This document shows positions 35,176 to 44,814 of a stretch of 64,000 nt of DNA, piece after piece. The notes under the pieces are model-generated. The model had not been told where the DNA came from. It did no database searches and saw only the letters and a list, made by a program, of their open reading frames with translations. The stretch comes from Actinomycetota bacterium. Lineage in GTDB: Bacteria > Actinomycetota > Thermoleophilia > Solirubrobacterales > Thermoleophilaceae. The stretch spans positions 10-64,009 of the forward strand of contig JBKPBS010000008.1 in assembly GCA_046726915.1 (NCBI GenBank), given 5' to 3'. A program made the translations under genes and the position numbers. Positions within the stretch are counted from its first letter, which is position 1. Every line of letters begins with the position of its first letter.

Positions 35176-35574
35176 ATGAGCAGTCGAAAGATCCGCGTGG
35201 TCGTGGCCAAGCCCGGCCTGGATGGACATGACCGCGGAGCGAAGATCATCGCTCGCGCCCTGCGCGACGCGGGCATGGAGGTGATCTACACCGGCCTCCA
35301 CCAGACCCCGGAGCAGATCGTCGAGACCGTGCTCCAGGAGGACGCTGACGCGGTCGGGCTCTCGATCCTCTCGGGCGCGCACATGACGCTCGTGCCGCGG
35401 ATCGCCACGCTCCTGAAGGACGAGGGCGCCGAGGACGTGGTCCTCGTTGTCGGCGGCACGATCCCGAACGACGACATCGACGAGCTCAAGAAGCTCGGCG
35501 TCGCCGAGGTGTTCACGCCCGGCGCGCCCGTGCAGGGGATCGTCGACTACATCCGCAGTGCGGTACCGGCCTGA
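35176..35574 (+). CDS. Methylmalonyl-CoA mutase family, small B12-binding subunit
   Basis: 132 aa with the DxHxxG cobalamin motif ([10 protein letters not shown]) and SILSGAH...VVGGTIP. Confidence 0.95.
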   Translation: MSSRKIRVVVAKPGLDGHDRGAKIIARALRDAGMEVIYTGLHQTPEQIVETVLQEDADAVGLSILSGAHMTLVPRIATLLKDEGAEDVVLVVGGTIPNDDIDELKKLGVAEVFTPGAPVQGIVDYIRSAVPA

Positions 35575-35625
35575 GCGCCGCAGCGCAAGCACCGGGCGGT
35601 GCCCGGTGCGCCGCGATGCCGTTAC

Positions 35626-36108
35626 TCAGGCGGCGGCGCTTCGGCGCCGCCCGGCGGTGACGATCTCGCGCTCGGCAGTCGCGATCCGCTCGGCCGCCTC
35701 GCGCAGGCCCGCGAGCAGCTCCTCGCCGAACTCCTCGGCCCATTCGCGCTCGATCTGGGCGAAGATCCGCCGGCCGTTGAGGCAGGCCTCGAGTCCGCGC
35801 GGCGTGAGCCTGATGATCTTCGCCCGGCCGTCCTCCGGGTCCGGCACGCGCTCGACGTAGCCGAGTCGCTCGAGCTCCGCGACGGCCTCGCCCACGGCCT
35901 GCTTCGTCAGCCCCGCGCGCTCGGCGAGGTCGGTCAGCCGCGAGCCGTGCTCGAGGTCGATGAACCCGAAGACGCAGCCGTGCCCCTCGCGCACGTCGTT
36001 GAAGCCCTTGTCGCGGAGGCGCGCGAACACCTTCTGGACCGCGGCGACCTTGACCTCCATCAGGAGGGCGGGGAGCGGGCGCTGCGTGGGGAGCGGGTCG
36101 ACCGTCAT
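35626..36108 (-). CDS. MarR-family transcriptional regulator
   Basis: wHTH LTDLAERAGLTKQAVGEAVAELERLGYVERVPDPEDGRAKIIRLTPRG. Divergent from the MFS gene. Confidence 0.9.
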   Translation of the reverse strand: MTVDPLPTQRPLPALLMEVKVAAVQKVFARLRDKGFNDVREGHGCVFGFIDLEHGSRLTDLAERAGLTKQAVGEAVAELERLGYVERVPDPEDGRAKIIRLTPRGLEACLNGRRIFAQIEREWAEEFGEELLAGLREAAERIATAEREIVTAGRRRSAAA

Positions 36109-36130
36109 GTTGAGTTCATGGTAAGGGGGC

Positions 36131-36159
36131 TTGACTATATCGTCAAGTTACCTTATAAA
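36131..36159 (+). promoter_or_regulatory. Sigma70-like promoter (TTGACT-17-TATAAA) overlapping the palindrome TTGAC-N6-GTCAA (probable MarR operator)
   Basis: cTTGACTATATCGTCAAGttaccTTATAAAg in the AT-rich 95-nt marR/MFS intergenic region. Inverted arms at 36131-36135 and 36142-36146. Confidence 0.5.
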
Positions 36160-36203
36160 GTCTCCTGACAAGGTGACCTGACCAATTGTACCGGAGGATT
36201 CAC

Positions 36204-37784
36204 ATGCATCGGAAGTGGTGGACGCTGATAGCGGTCAGCGTCGCGACATTCATGCTTCTGCTCGACATCACGGTCGTGAACACCGCGCTTCCGTCCATCC
36301 GAGAGGACCTCGGCGCGAGCTTCACCGACCTCCAGTGGGTGATCGACGCCTACACCGTCTCGCTCGCCGCCCTCGTGCTGACCGCCGGGGTGCTCGCGGA
36401 CCGACTGGGCCGCCGGCGCGTGTTCGCCGCCGGGCTGGGCATCTTCACCGTGGCCTCGCTCCTCGCGGGGCTGGCCACCGATCCAACCTTCCTGAACGTC
36501 GCTCGCGCGGTGCAGGGCGTCGGTGGCGCCGTGATGTTCGCGGTCTCGCTTGCCCTGATCGCTCAGGAGTTCGACGCCGGCCGCGAGCGCGGCGCCGCCA
36601 TGGGCGTGTACGGCGCGACGATCGGCGTGGCCGTCGCTTTCGGGCCCCTCGTGGGCGGCGCACTCACCGAAGGGCTCGGCTGGGAGTCGATCTTCTTCCT
36701 CAACGTCCCGATCGGGATCGCGGCGATCGCGATCACATACACCAAGCTCCGCGAGACGCGCGATCCGAACGCGTCGCGGATCGACTGGGCCGGACTGGTG
36801 ACGTTTTCGACCGCGCTGGTCCTGCTCGTGCTCGGGCTTCTACGCGGCAACGACGAGGGTTGGGGCTCGACGCTGATCGTCTCGCTGCTGGCCGGCTCGG
36901 GTGCCCTGATGGCGCTCTTCCTCGCCATCGAGGCGCGCGTGAAGGAGCCGATGCTGCCGCTGCACCTGTTCCGCAAGCCTGCCTTCACCGGCGTGCAACT
37001 GGCGGCGCTGGCCGTGTCGTCCTCGATGTTCGCGCTGTTCCTGTACATGACGTTCTACCTCCAGGGATACCTCGGTCATGAGCCGCTCGAGGCGGGGCTG
37101 CGCTACCTGCCGCTCACCGTGACGAACTTCTTCGTCGCGGCCGCGACGGGCGCGTTGCTCTCGCGGGTGCAGGCGCGCGTGCTCATCAGCGCCGGTCTTG
37201 CGATCACGGGCGTCGGCCTGCTCTTGATGGGCGGCCTCGACCCGTCCGACAGCTGGACCGCGCTGCTCGGCGGCTTCATCCTGGCCGGGGCCGGCGTGGG
37301 CCTCATCAATCCGGCGATCGCGGATGTCGCGGTCTCGGTGGTGCCGAAGGAGCAGAGCGGCATGGCGTCGGGGATCAACGACACCTTCCGCCAGGTGGGC
37401 ATCGCGATCGGGATCGCCGCCTGGGGTGCGATCTTCCTCGGACGCGGCGCCGCGAAGGTCGAGCAGCTCGCTGCCGGCACGCCGGCTGCGACGGGCGACC
37501 GTCCGCGTCAGCTCGTCGAGGCCGTCTCCTCGGGCAACCTGGACAGTGCCCTGGCGAACGTGCCTGCGGGTGCGCGCCCGGGCGCCGCCGACGCCGCGCG
37601 GGACGGCTTCCTGTCGGGGATCAACGACATATTCATGCTCGGCGGCATCCTCTCCATCGCCGGCGCGCTCGTGGCGCTCTGGCTGATTCGCGAGCGGGAC
37701 ATCGAGCGGGAGGCCCCGATCGAGGTCGAGCCCGCCTTCGAGCCGCGGCCGGGCGAGGCTCTGCCCGAGCCGATCGCCGCCTAG
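36204..37784 (+). CDS. MFS transporter, DHA2 (EmrB/QacA, 14-TM) type
   Basis: ATG 36204 follows GGAGGA. LLLDITVVNTALPSI, DLQWVIDAYTV and LADRLGRRRVF motifs, with about 14 hydrophobic helices. Confidence 0.9.
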   Translation: MHRKWWTLIAVSVATFMLLLDITVVNTALPSIREDLGASFTDLQWVIDAYTVSLAALVLTAGVLADRLGRRRVFAAGLGIFTVASLLAGLATDPTFLNVARAVQGVGGAVMFAVSLALIAQEFDAGRERGAAMGVYGATIGVAVAFGPLVGGALTEGLGWESIFFLNVPIGIAAIAITYTKLRETRDPNASRIDWAGLVTFSTALVLLVLGLLRGNDEGWGSTLIVSLLAGSGALMALFLAIEARVKEPMLPLHLFRKPAFTGVQLAALAVSSSMFALFLYMTFYLQGYLGHEPLEAGLRYLPLTVTNFFVAAATGALLSRVQARVLISAGLAITGVGLLLMGGLDPSDSWTALLGGFILAGAGVGLINPAIADVAVSVVPKEQSGMASGINDTFRQVGIAIGIAAWGAIFLGRGAAKVEQLAAGTPAATGDRPRQLVEAVSSGNLDSALANVPAGARPGAADAARDGFLSGINDIFMLGGILSIAGALVALWLIRERDIEREAPIEVEPAFEPRPGEALPEPIAA

Positions 37785-37805
37785 CGGACGCTCTCCTCGG
37801 TCTTC

Positions 37806-37848
37806 GTTACCTACCCCGATTGACTCATCAGTCAACGGGGTAGGTAAC
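37806..37848. terminator. 43-nt near-perfect hairpin (19-bp stem, one bulge) containing a second TTGAC-N6-GTCAA
   Basis: GTTACCTACCCCGaTTGACTcatcAGTCAACGGGGTAGGTAAC. It lies 22 nt after the MFS stop and 64 nt before etfB. It may act as a terminator, an operator, or both. Confidence 0.6.
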
Positions 37849-37911
37849 ATCCGCCGCCTGCGGGGGCAAGGCGTTATCGCGCCCCGCTAAGGAGACCAAG
37901 GAGAAGCATTC

Positions 37912-38706
37912 GTGAAGATCTGCGTCCTCGTGAAAGAGGTTCCCGACGCCGCCGTCGAGAAGCGCATAGACCCCAACACCAAGCGCCTCGACCGCTCGGG
38001 CGAGACCACGCTCAACCAGTTCGACACCCACGCCATCGAGGCCGCCATGCAGATCCGCGAGGGCGGCGCGGCGGAGGTGGACGAGATCGTGGCCGTGACG
38101 ATGGCCCCCTCCGAGGCGGGCCGCACGCTCAACAAGGCAGTCGCCCTGGGCGCCGACCGCTCCGTGCACTTGACGGACGAGTCCCTGGCGGGCTCGGATG
38201 TCGCCGCCACCGGCTACGCGCTCGCAAAGGTGCTCGAGGCCGAGTCGCCGGACCTGGTGCTGCTGGGCCAGCAGTCGGCGGACGGCGAGTGCTACACGAT
38301 CGGCGCCGTCGTGGCCGACCACCTGAAGATGCCCTCGCTCACCCAGGTGATCAAGCTGGACGTCGAGGGCGGCAAGCTCCGCTGCGAGCGCCAGGCCGAG
38401 TACGGCTACGACACGGTCCAGGTTGAGCTGCCCGCCGTGATCTCCGTCGGCGACGCCATCAACGAGCCGCGCTACCCGTCGCTCAAGGCGATCATGGGCG
38501 CGAAGAAGAAGCCGCGTGACACGAAGTCGGCCGGCGACGTCGGCATCGAGGCCGACAGGGTCGGCGAGCAGGGCTCCCGCACCGAGGTCCTCGCGATCAA
38601 CCCGCCGCCCGAGAAGGAGGCCGGCGAGATCATCGAGGACGAGGACACGAACGAGACGGTCGAGAAGATCGTGGCCTGGCTGGAGGAAAGGAAGCTGCTG
38701 GCATGA
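37912..38706 (+). CDS. etfB: Electron transfer flavoprotein beta subunit
   Basis: GTG start. VKICVLVKEVPD...RIDPNT...LNQFDTHAIEAA...LLGQQSADG... Confidence 0.95.
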   Translation: MKICVLVKEVPDAAVEKRIDPNTKRLDRSGETTLNQFDTHAIEAAMQIREGGAAEVDEIVAVTMAPSEAGRTLNKAVALGADRSVHLTDESLAGSDVAATGYALAKVLEAESPDLVLLGQQSADGECYTIGAVVADHLKMPSLTQVIKLDVEGGKLRCERQAEYGYDTVQVELPAVISVGDAINEPRYPSLKAIMGAKKKPRDTKSAGDVGIEADRVGEQGSRTEVLAINPPPEKEAGEIIEDEDTNETVEKIVAWLEERKLLA

Positions 38707-39674
38707 GCATCCTCGTTTACGCACTTCACTACGAGGGCGAGTTCAACAAGAACTCGCTCGGCGCCGTCTCGCAGGGCGCGAAGCTCGCGAAGGAGATCGG
38801 CGGCGAGGCCGCGGCCGTGGTCGTCGGCGGCGACGACCTCACCGACGAGCTGTGCGGCACGCTCGGCAAGTACGGCGTGTCGAAGGTCTACCGCGCGAAG
38901 GGGCCCGAGGGCCTCGCCCAGCCGGTGGTCGACGCGATGGCCAAGGTCATCCAGGACGAGGGCTTCAAGTACGCGCTGTTCGGCGGCGGCCTGCTCGGAT
39001 TCGAGATCGGCGCCGGCCTGACCGCGCGCCTCGGCGCCGGCGTCACCATGGAGGTGACCGCTGTCAAGGCGCAGGACGGCAAGCTCGTCGCCGAGCGGCC
39101 GATCCTCCAGGACTCCGCGATCGTCGACGTGGGCTACGTCGGAGAGCCGGGCATCATCATCGGCCGGTTGAACGCGTTCGACATCGACGAGTCCGGCGAC
39201 GGCTCGGCCGAGGTCGTGGACGTGGACGTCCAGTTCGAGGACCACTCGACAAAGGCCGTGATGATCCAGCGCGGCGAGCAACGCGGCGCGGACGTGAACA
39301 TCGAGGACGCCGACATCCTCGTGGCCGGCGGCCGCGGCCTCGGGAAGGCGGAGGGCTTCGAGCTCGCCGAGGCGCTCGCCGAGGCGCTCGGCGGGGCGGT
39401 CGCCGCCACGCGCGCCGTGGTCGACGCCGGCTGGTACCCGTACGCCGCCCAGATCGGCCAGACCGGCAAGACCGTCGCGCCGAAGCTGTACCTGGCGGCC
39501 GGGATCTCCGGCGCGATCCAGCACAAGGTCGGTATGCAGAGCTCCGAGAACATCGTCGCGATCAACAAGGACCCGAACGCGCCGATCTTCGAGTTCTCCG
39601 ACCTCGGGATCGTCGGCGACCTCAACAAGATCATGCCCAAGCTCACCGAGGCCGTGAAGGCCAAGAAGGGCTAG
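38703..39674 (+). CDS. etfA: Electron transfer flavoprotein alpha subunit
   Basis: ATGA overlap with etfB. C-terminal FAD motif VAPKLYLAAGISGAIQHKVGMQSSENIVAINKDPNAPIF. Confidence 0.95.
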   Translation: MSILVYALHYEGEFNKNSLGAVSQGAKLAKEIGGEAAAVVVGGDDLTDELCGTLGKYGVSKVYRAKGPEGLAQPVVDAMAKVIQDEGFKYALFGGGLLGFEIGAGLTARLGAGVTMEVTAVKAQDGKLVAERPILQDSAIVDVGYVGEPGIIIGRLNAFDIDESGDGSAEVVDVDVQFEDHSTKAVMIQRGEQRGADVNIEDADILVAGGRGLGKAEGFELAEALAEALGGAVAATRAVVDAGWYPYAAQIGQTGKTVAPKLYLAAGISGAIQHKVGMQSSENIVAINKDPNAPIFEFSDLGIVGDLNKIMPKLTEAVKAKKG

Positions 39675-39679
39675 CGCGG

Positions 39680-41416
39680 ATGCCCACCGCCCCGATCGAG
39701 TTCCCGCCGCCCGTGGACTCCGCGCAGGAGTTCGTCGGCCCGCCGACCGATCCCGAGGACGAGCGGATCGAGGTCGGCGTCGTGATCGTGGGCGGTGGCC
39801 CCGGCGGCCTCGCCTGCGCGATCCGGCTGACGCAGCTGCTCGCCGAGGACGAGGCGCTGATGGAGTCGCTGGGCGAGGTGCCGGTGGCGCTGGTGGAGAA
39901 GGGGAAGAGCCCGGGGTCGCACCTGCTGTCGGGGGCGATGATGAACCCGTCGGCGATGCGGCGCTTGTTCCCGGATCTCGACGAATCCGAGTGGCCGACG
40001 TACGGCGCAATGAATAAGGACTCGGTCTACCTGCTGCCGAACGGTCGGCGCGCGGTCCCGCTGAAGCCGATCCCGCCGCCGTTCCGGAACCACGGCAATC
40101 ACGTCACCTCGGTCGCCCAGCTCGGCCGGTGGCTCTCGCAGCAGGCGGAGGAGGCGGGCGTCTACATCCTCGGCGAGACCTCTGCCGACAAGCTCTTGGT
40201 AGAGGACGGCCGCGTGGTCGGCGTGCGCTCGGGAGACAAGGGCCGCGGGCGGGACGGCCAGGAGCTGTCGAACTTCGAGCCCGGCTCCGACCTGATCGGA
40301 AAGGCGACGGTGCTCGCCGAGGGCACGGCGGGGCACCTGACGGGGGCGGCGATCCGCCACTTCGAGATCGGCTCCGAGGACCCGCAGCAGTGGGAACTCG
40401 GCGTGAAGGAGATCTGGGAGGTGCAGCAGCCGCTCGACCGGGTCATTCACACGATGGGCTGGCCGCTCCACTTCGCGGCGAAGTACCGCGAGTTCGGCGG
40501 CTCGTTCATGTACCCGATGGGCGAGGACCGCGTCTCGCTTGGGTTCGTGGTGGGCCTCGACTACCGCGACGCGCGCTTCTCCGTGCACGACGCGCTCCAG
40601 CAGATGAAGCAGCACCCGCTGTTCGCGAAGCGGCTCGAGGGCGGCAAGCGCGTCGGCTGGGGCGCGAAGACGATCCCCTCGGGCGGCTACTGGGCGCGGC
40701 CGCGGAAGCTGTGGGCGCCCGGCGTGGCGATCGTCGGCGACGGGGCGGGGATGGTGAACGTCCCGACCTTGAAAGGCGTGCACTACGCGATGTACGCGGG
40801 GATGTTCGCGGCGGAGGCGATTTTCGAACGGTTGAAGCACGGCAGCGATGAGGTGTCGGATCTGTCTAATTACCAGGACAAGGTGCAGGGCTCCGAGATC
40901 GAGAAGGACACCTACCGCTCGCGCAACATGCGCCAGCCATTCGGCAAGGGCTTCTTCGTCGGCGGCGCGATAGCCAGCATGATGGAGCTCTCGGGCGGGC
41001 GGATCCCCGGCGGCCGCTGGCAGACGCACGACGACGCGACCATGCCCGTGTTCATCGGCCCGGAGCGCGACTACCCGAAGCCGGACGGCAAGACCACCTT
41101 CGACAAGCTCTCGTCCGTCTTCGCCACGGGCAACGCCACCCGCGACGACGCGCCGAACCACATCCGCATCCAGGACAAGGTCCCGCTGGAAGTGGCCCTG
41201 ATGTGGCAGAACATGTGCCCCGCGCAGGTGTACGAGGTGCCCGACGAGGAACTGGAGGCGGCCAAGGCCGGCAGGAACGGAAAGCTGGACGGCAAGCGCG
41301 AGGTCAAGGTGCAGATCACGCCGTCGAACTGCGTGCAGTGCGGAGCCATCACGGCGAAGGGCGGGCGGCTGACGCCGCCGGAGGGCGGCGACGGGCCGAA
41401 CTACCAGGTGACGTAG
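39680..41416 (+). CDS. Electron transfer flavoprotein-quinone oxidoreductase (ETF-QO)
   Basis: ATG 39680 lies inside track ORF 38516..41416. FAD GxGxxG VVIVGGGPGGLACA and a C-terminal ferredoxin-like CPAQVYE...CVQCGAI. Confidence 0.9.
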   Translation: MPTAPIEFPPPVDSAQEFVGPPTDPEDERIEVGVVIVGGGPGGLACAIRLTQLLAEDEALMESLGEVPVALVEKGKSPGSHLLSGAMMNPSAMRRLFPDLDESEWPTYGAMNKDSVYLLPNGRRAVPLKPIPPPFRNHGNHVTSVAQLGRWLSQQAEEAGVYILGETSADKLLVEDGRVVGVRSGDKGRGRDGQELSNFEPGSDLIGKATVLAEGTAGHLTGAAIRHFEIGSEDPQQWELGVKEIWEVQQPLDRVIHTMGWPLHFAAKYREFGGSFMYPMGEDRVSLGFVVGLDYRDARFSVHDALQQMKQHPLFAKRLEGGKRVGWGAKTIPSGGYWARPRKLWAPGVAIVGDGAGMVNVPTLKGVHYAMYAGMFAAEAIFERLKHGSDEVSDLSNYQDKVQGSEIEKDTYRSRNMRQPFGKGFFVGGAIASMMELSGGRIPGGRWQTHDDATMPVFIGPERDYPKPDGKTTFDKLSSVFATGNATRDDAPNHIRIQDKVPLEVALMWQNMCPAQVYEVPDEELEAAKAGRNGKLDGKREVKVQITPSNCVQCGAITAKGGRLTPPEGGDGPNYQVT

Positions 41417-41563
41417 GTGGTTGCTCGTCCGCCCGAGTCCTCGCCTGCGCGGACGAACGACGGCATTGAGGGGGTGGGCTCGAGGCGACGATCCTGTCTA
41501 GGGCTGCTATACGCCGCCTAGGACAGGACAGCCGCCGAGAGGCCGCACTCCTTCACCGCTGCC

Positions 41564-42733
41564 GTGCGCCGGAGGAGGCGCCGCCGCAACACAGGCGGCA
41601 TCGGCGTAACCCAGCCAACCGAGCCGTTACCTTCTCCGCCCATCCGCTACCCCGGCCAGCATCCGCGTCGTGCGACGGTCGTCGGGGCCGGCTCTTTCGG
41701 CACGGCCGTTGCCGTGCTGCTCGAGCGGGCCGGGATTCGGACGACGCTTCTGTGCCGCACGGCTGAGCAGGCGCGCGAGCTAGCGGGTGCGCGCGAGAAC
41801 AAGCGCTACCTGCCGGGCGTCGAGCTGCCGCGCGACCTCAGGGTGCATCCCCTCGGTGCCGATCGTGAGCACCTGACGCGCACCGACCTCATCCTCCTCG
41901 CCGTCCCCTCGAAGGGCATAGGCGAGGCCATCACGGAACTGGGCCGCCTCGGCGTGTCGGATCGCGCCGGCATCGTCTCGCTCGCCAAGGGACTGGTGCC
42001 GCCCGACGGCGCCACACCGACGGCGCTCCTCGACGTGGCCTTTGGACCGGAGCGCGTGGCGTGCGTGGGCGGTCCCGCGCACGCGCGTGAGATGGTGGAG
42101 TCGGGAGCGGGGCTCGTGTGCGCGTCGCGCTCCGAGTCGCTTGCACACCGGGTGGCCGAGGCTTTTCAGCGGGCGGGCGTCGTGTGCGAGGTCTCGGACG
42201 ATCCGGTCGGGGTGGAGCTCGCGGGCGTCGCGAAGAACGCCGCCGCGGTGGCGGTGGGCGCGACCCAGGCCCAGGGTCTCAACGCCGCCGGCATGGCGGC
42301 CGCCGACATCTTCCTCGAGGTGCTCTCGCTGTCGTCCTCCAGCGGCGGCCAGGCGCGCACGTTCGTGGGCCGCGCCGGCACGGGCGACCTGGTGGCCACC
42401 GCGCTTGCCCCGATGTCGCGCAACCGCAGCGCGGGCGAGCTGCTCGCGGAGGGCGTGCCGGCCGCTGAGATCCCCGAGCGAGTAGGCCAGGCGGTCGAGG
42501 CTCTCGAGACGGTGCCGGTGCTGGCGCGCGCGATCGAGCGGGCCGGCGTCGAGGCGCCGGTGACGTCCGCGCTTGCCAGGCTCATCGAGGGCACGCTCCC
42601 GGTCGACGACTGGGTGGCGCTCGTGAGGGCCAAGCAACCGCCTCCGGCGGGCTTCGGGCGCCCGAGCACGTGGTGGACGCGACTCAAGGCCTGGTTCGCC
42701 CGGAGGTTCGGAAGCCGGCGGCTAGACTCGTAA
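41564..42733 (+). CDS. gpsA: NAD(P)H-dependent glycerol-3-phosphate dehydrogenase
   Basis: [27 protein letters not shown] and [11 protein letters not shown]. The nearest canonical start (GTG 41564) adds an Arg-rich extension of about 36 aa, so the start is uncertain. Confidence 0.85.
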   Translation: MRRRRRRRNTGGIGVTQPTEPLPSPPIRYPGQHPRRATVVGAGSFGTAVAVLLERAGIRTTLLCRTAEQARELAGARENKRYLPGVELPRDLRVHPLGADREHLTRTDLILLAVPSKGIGEAITELGRLGVSDRAGIVSLAKGLVPPDGATPTALLDVAFGPERVACVGGPAHAREMVESGAGLVCASRSESLAHRVAEAFQRAGVVCEVSDDPVGVELAGVAKNAAAVAVGATQAQGLNAAGMAAADIFLEVLSLSSSSGGQARTFVGRAGTGDLVATALAPMSRNRSAGELLAEGVPAAEIPERVGQAVEALETVPVLARAIERAGVEAPVTSALARLIEGTLPVDDWVALVRAKQPPPAGFGRPSTWWTRLKAWFARRFGSRRLDS

Positions 42734-42738
42734 GAGCA

Positions 42739-42948
42739 ATGAAGGCAGACATTCATCCCGAGTACGGCCCCGCACACGTCCGCTGCACGTGCGGCAACGA
42801 GTTCTGGACCCGCTCCACCAAGCCGGAGCTGCATGTCGAGATCTGCTCGAACTGCCATCCCTTCTACACGGGCCGCCAGAAGCTCGTGGACACAGGCGGC
42901 CGCGTCGAGCGCTTCCGCCGCCGCGCAGCACGTTCGCGCCGGGGCTGA
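42739..42948 (+). CDS. rpmE: 50S ribosomal protein L31 (Zn-ribbon type A)
   Basis: [22 protein letters not shown]...[15 protein letters not shown]; all four Cys are present. Confidence 0.95.
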   Translation: MKADIHPEYGPAHVRCTCGNEFWTRSTKPELHVEICSNCHPFYTGRQKLVDTGGRVERFRRRAARSRRG

Positions 42949-43034
42949 CAGCCGTCGCGCAAGCGGCGGGCGTGCCCGCCGCGCCGCGATGTTTTGCCCG
43001 CAACTTAAGCGTTCGGCAGGCGTTCACACGACGC

Positions 43035-43757
43035 ATGCGCCGTGCGCTTCTGACAGCCGCACTCGCCGCCGCCGCTCTGCCGGCGGCGGCCGGTGCCGCG
43101 CCCGCTCCGGCGAGCGTCAAGCTCGTGAAGTGCTCCATCGAGGAGCACGAGGCGGCGTTCTACGCGCGAATGCAGCAGATCGCCGGCGCGAGCCGGATGG
43201 CGATGCGCTTCACGCTGCTCGAGGAGACGGGCGGGGACAGCTTCAAGCGCCTCAACGCGCCCGGGCTACGGCGCTGGCGCTCGTCCAAGCCCGGCGTCAA
43301 GGCCTTCGGCTACCGCCAGGGCTTTCGCAACTTGCCTGAGAACGCCACCCATCGGGTGAGGGTGGACTTCCGCTGGTATGCGCAGGACGGATCCGAGGTC
43401 GCGCGCGCCAAGCGCCGCTCAGCGCGCTGCCGCCAGTTCGTGGCGCTCCCGAACCTCGTGGCGAGGATCACGGCGGTCCTGCCCACCACGGTGGACGGCG
43501 TCGTCCGCTATCAGGCTGTCGTCAGCAACACCGGCAAGGCCGCGGCTACGGGCGTGCCCGTGCGGCTGACCGTCGACGGCGACGTCGTGGACACCGTGAC
43601 GTTCGCCGCGCTCGCCCCCGGGGAGCAGCGCTCGATCGTGATCCGCGGACCGGAGTGCCACCGCCTCGTGAAGCTCGAGGCGGATCCCGGGCAGGCCATC
43701 GCGGAGAGCTCCGACTTGGACAACCTCCACGAGCTCACCTGCGCCGCGCTCAGGTAG
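43035..43757 (+). CDS. Secreted hypothetical protein with C-terminal CARDB-like beta domain
   Basis: ATG 43035 gives signal peptide MRRALLTAALAAAALPAAAGAAP. The C-terminus VVSNTGKAAATGVPVRLTVDGDVV...LAPGEQRSIVI resembles the CARDB/adhesion fold. Confidence 0.65.
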   Translation: MRRALLTAALAAAALPAAAGAAPAPASVKLVKCSIEEHEAAFYARMQQIAGASRMAMRFTLLEETGGDSFKRLNAPGLRRWRSSKPGVKAFGYRQGFRNLPENATHRVRVDFRWYAQDGSEVARAKRRSARCRQFVALPNLVARITAVLPTTVDGVVRYQAVVSNTGKAAATGVPVRLTVDGDVVDTVTFAALAPGEQRSIVIRGPECHRLVKLEADPGQAIAESSDLDNLHELTCAALR

Positions 43758-43777
43758 ACCGGCGAACCGCCGATACG

Positions 43778-44779
43778 ATGGACACGGTGAAACCGAGGGA
43801 GGCCAAGAAGGACGCGCCCATTGGCGGCCAGGCTGTGCTCGAGGGTGTGATGATGCGCGGCATCTCCACATGGGCGGTGGCGGTCCGCAAGCCGTCGGCG
43901 CTGCAGCTCGTCCAGGGCGGGCCGAACTCCAGAGAGGGCGCGAAGGGCGAGATCGAGGTGATCTCCGAGCCGCTGGTCTCGTGGACGAAGCGCCACCGCC
44001 TCCTGCGGATACCGATCGTGCGCGGAGTCGCCGCGCTTGCCGAATCGCTCAAGATCGGCTTCCGCGCGCTGGGCATCTCGGCCAACGCCCAGATGCCCCC
44101 CGACGAGCAGGGCAAGCAGCAGGATATCGGCGGCGGCGCCTGGATCGGGACGATCGCCTTCGCGCTGCTGTTCGCGATCGGGCTGTTCTTCCTGTTGCCC
44201 GCCGGCCTCACGAACATCTTCGCGGACGACATCCCGAACTCGGTCGTGTTCGTGATCATCGAGAAGCTGGTCCGGATCACGATTTTCCTGGCCTACCTCG
44301 CGCTGATCTCGCGGATGCCCGATCTCCAGCGCGTGTTCGAGTACCACGGCGCCGAGCACAAGACGATCTCCTGCTACGAGGCAGGCGAGGAGCTCACGCC
44401 GGAGAACGCCCAGCGCTTCTCGCGCTTTCACCCGCGCTGCGGAACTAGCTTCCTGCTGCTCGTGATGATCGTCGCCATCGTGGTGTTCGCGCCCCTCGGC
44501 AAGCTCGACTGGCACTGGCTCTTCATCTCGCGCGTGCTGGGCATACCGATCGTGGCCGGGCTCGCGTTCGAGCTCATCAAGTGGTTCGGCAAGAACCGGA
44601 CCAAGCGCTGGGCGCGCGTTCTGATGTGGCCCGGCATCCAGCTCCAGCGCCTCACGACGCGGGAGCCCGACCTGTCCCAGCTCGCGGTGGCGATCGCCGC
44701 GCTCGACGCCGTGCTGGCGGTGGAGAACCCGCGCGCGGCCACGGAGGAGGACAAGGTCGGCATGGAAGTCGTGGCGTAG
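43778..44779 (+). CDS. DUF1385-family membrane protein (YqhQ-like, commonly next to prfA/prmC)
   Basis: IGGQAVLEGVMMRG, FEYHGAEHKTI and HPRCGTSF, plus TM helices. Confidence 0.85.
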   Translation: MDTVKPREAKKDAPIGGQAVLEGVMMRGISTWAVAVRKPSALQLVQGGPNSREGAKGEIEVISEPLVSWTKRHRLLRIPIVRGVAALAESLKIGFRALGISANAQMPPDEQGKQQDIGGGAWIGTIAFALLFAIGLFFLLPAGLTNIFADDIPNSVVFVIIEKLVRITIFLAYLALISRMPDLQRVFEYHGAEHKTISCYEAGEELTPENAQRFSRFHPRCGTSFLLLVMIVAIVVFAPLGKLDWHWLFISRVLGIPIVAGLAFELIKWFGKNRTKRWARVLMWPGIQLQRLTTREPDLSQLAVAIAALDAVLAVENPRAATEEDKVGMEVVA

Positions 44780-44814
44780 GTTTAGCCCGGCGGCCGTTTC
44801 GAAACGCTAATTCC

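Noticed and set aside
41564-41671. Arg-rich N-terminal extension of about 36 aa on GpsA ([12 protein letters not shown]...) as a real targeting or regulatory peptide
   Set aside because: It is more likely an artefact of the nearest canonical start lying far upstream of the GAGSFG Rossmann motif. There is no evidence either way from sequence alone, so it is recorded only as start-site uncertainty.
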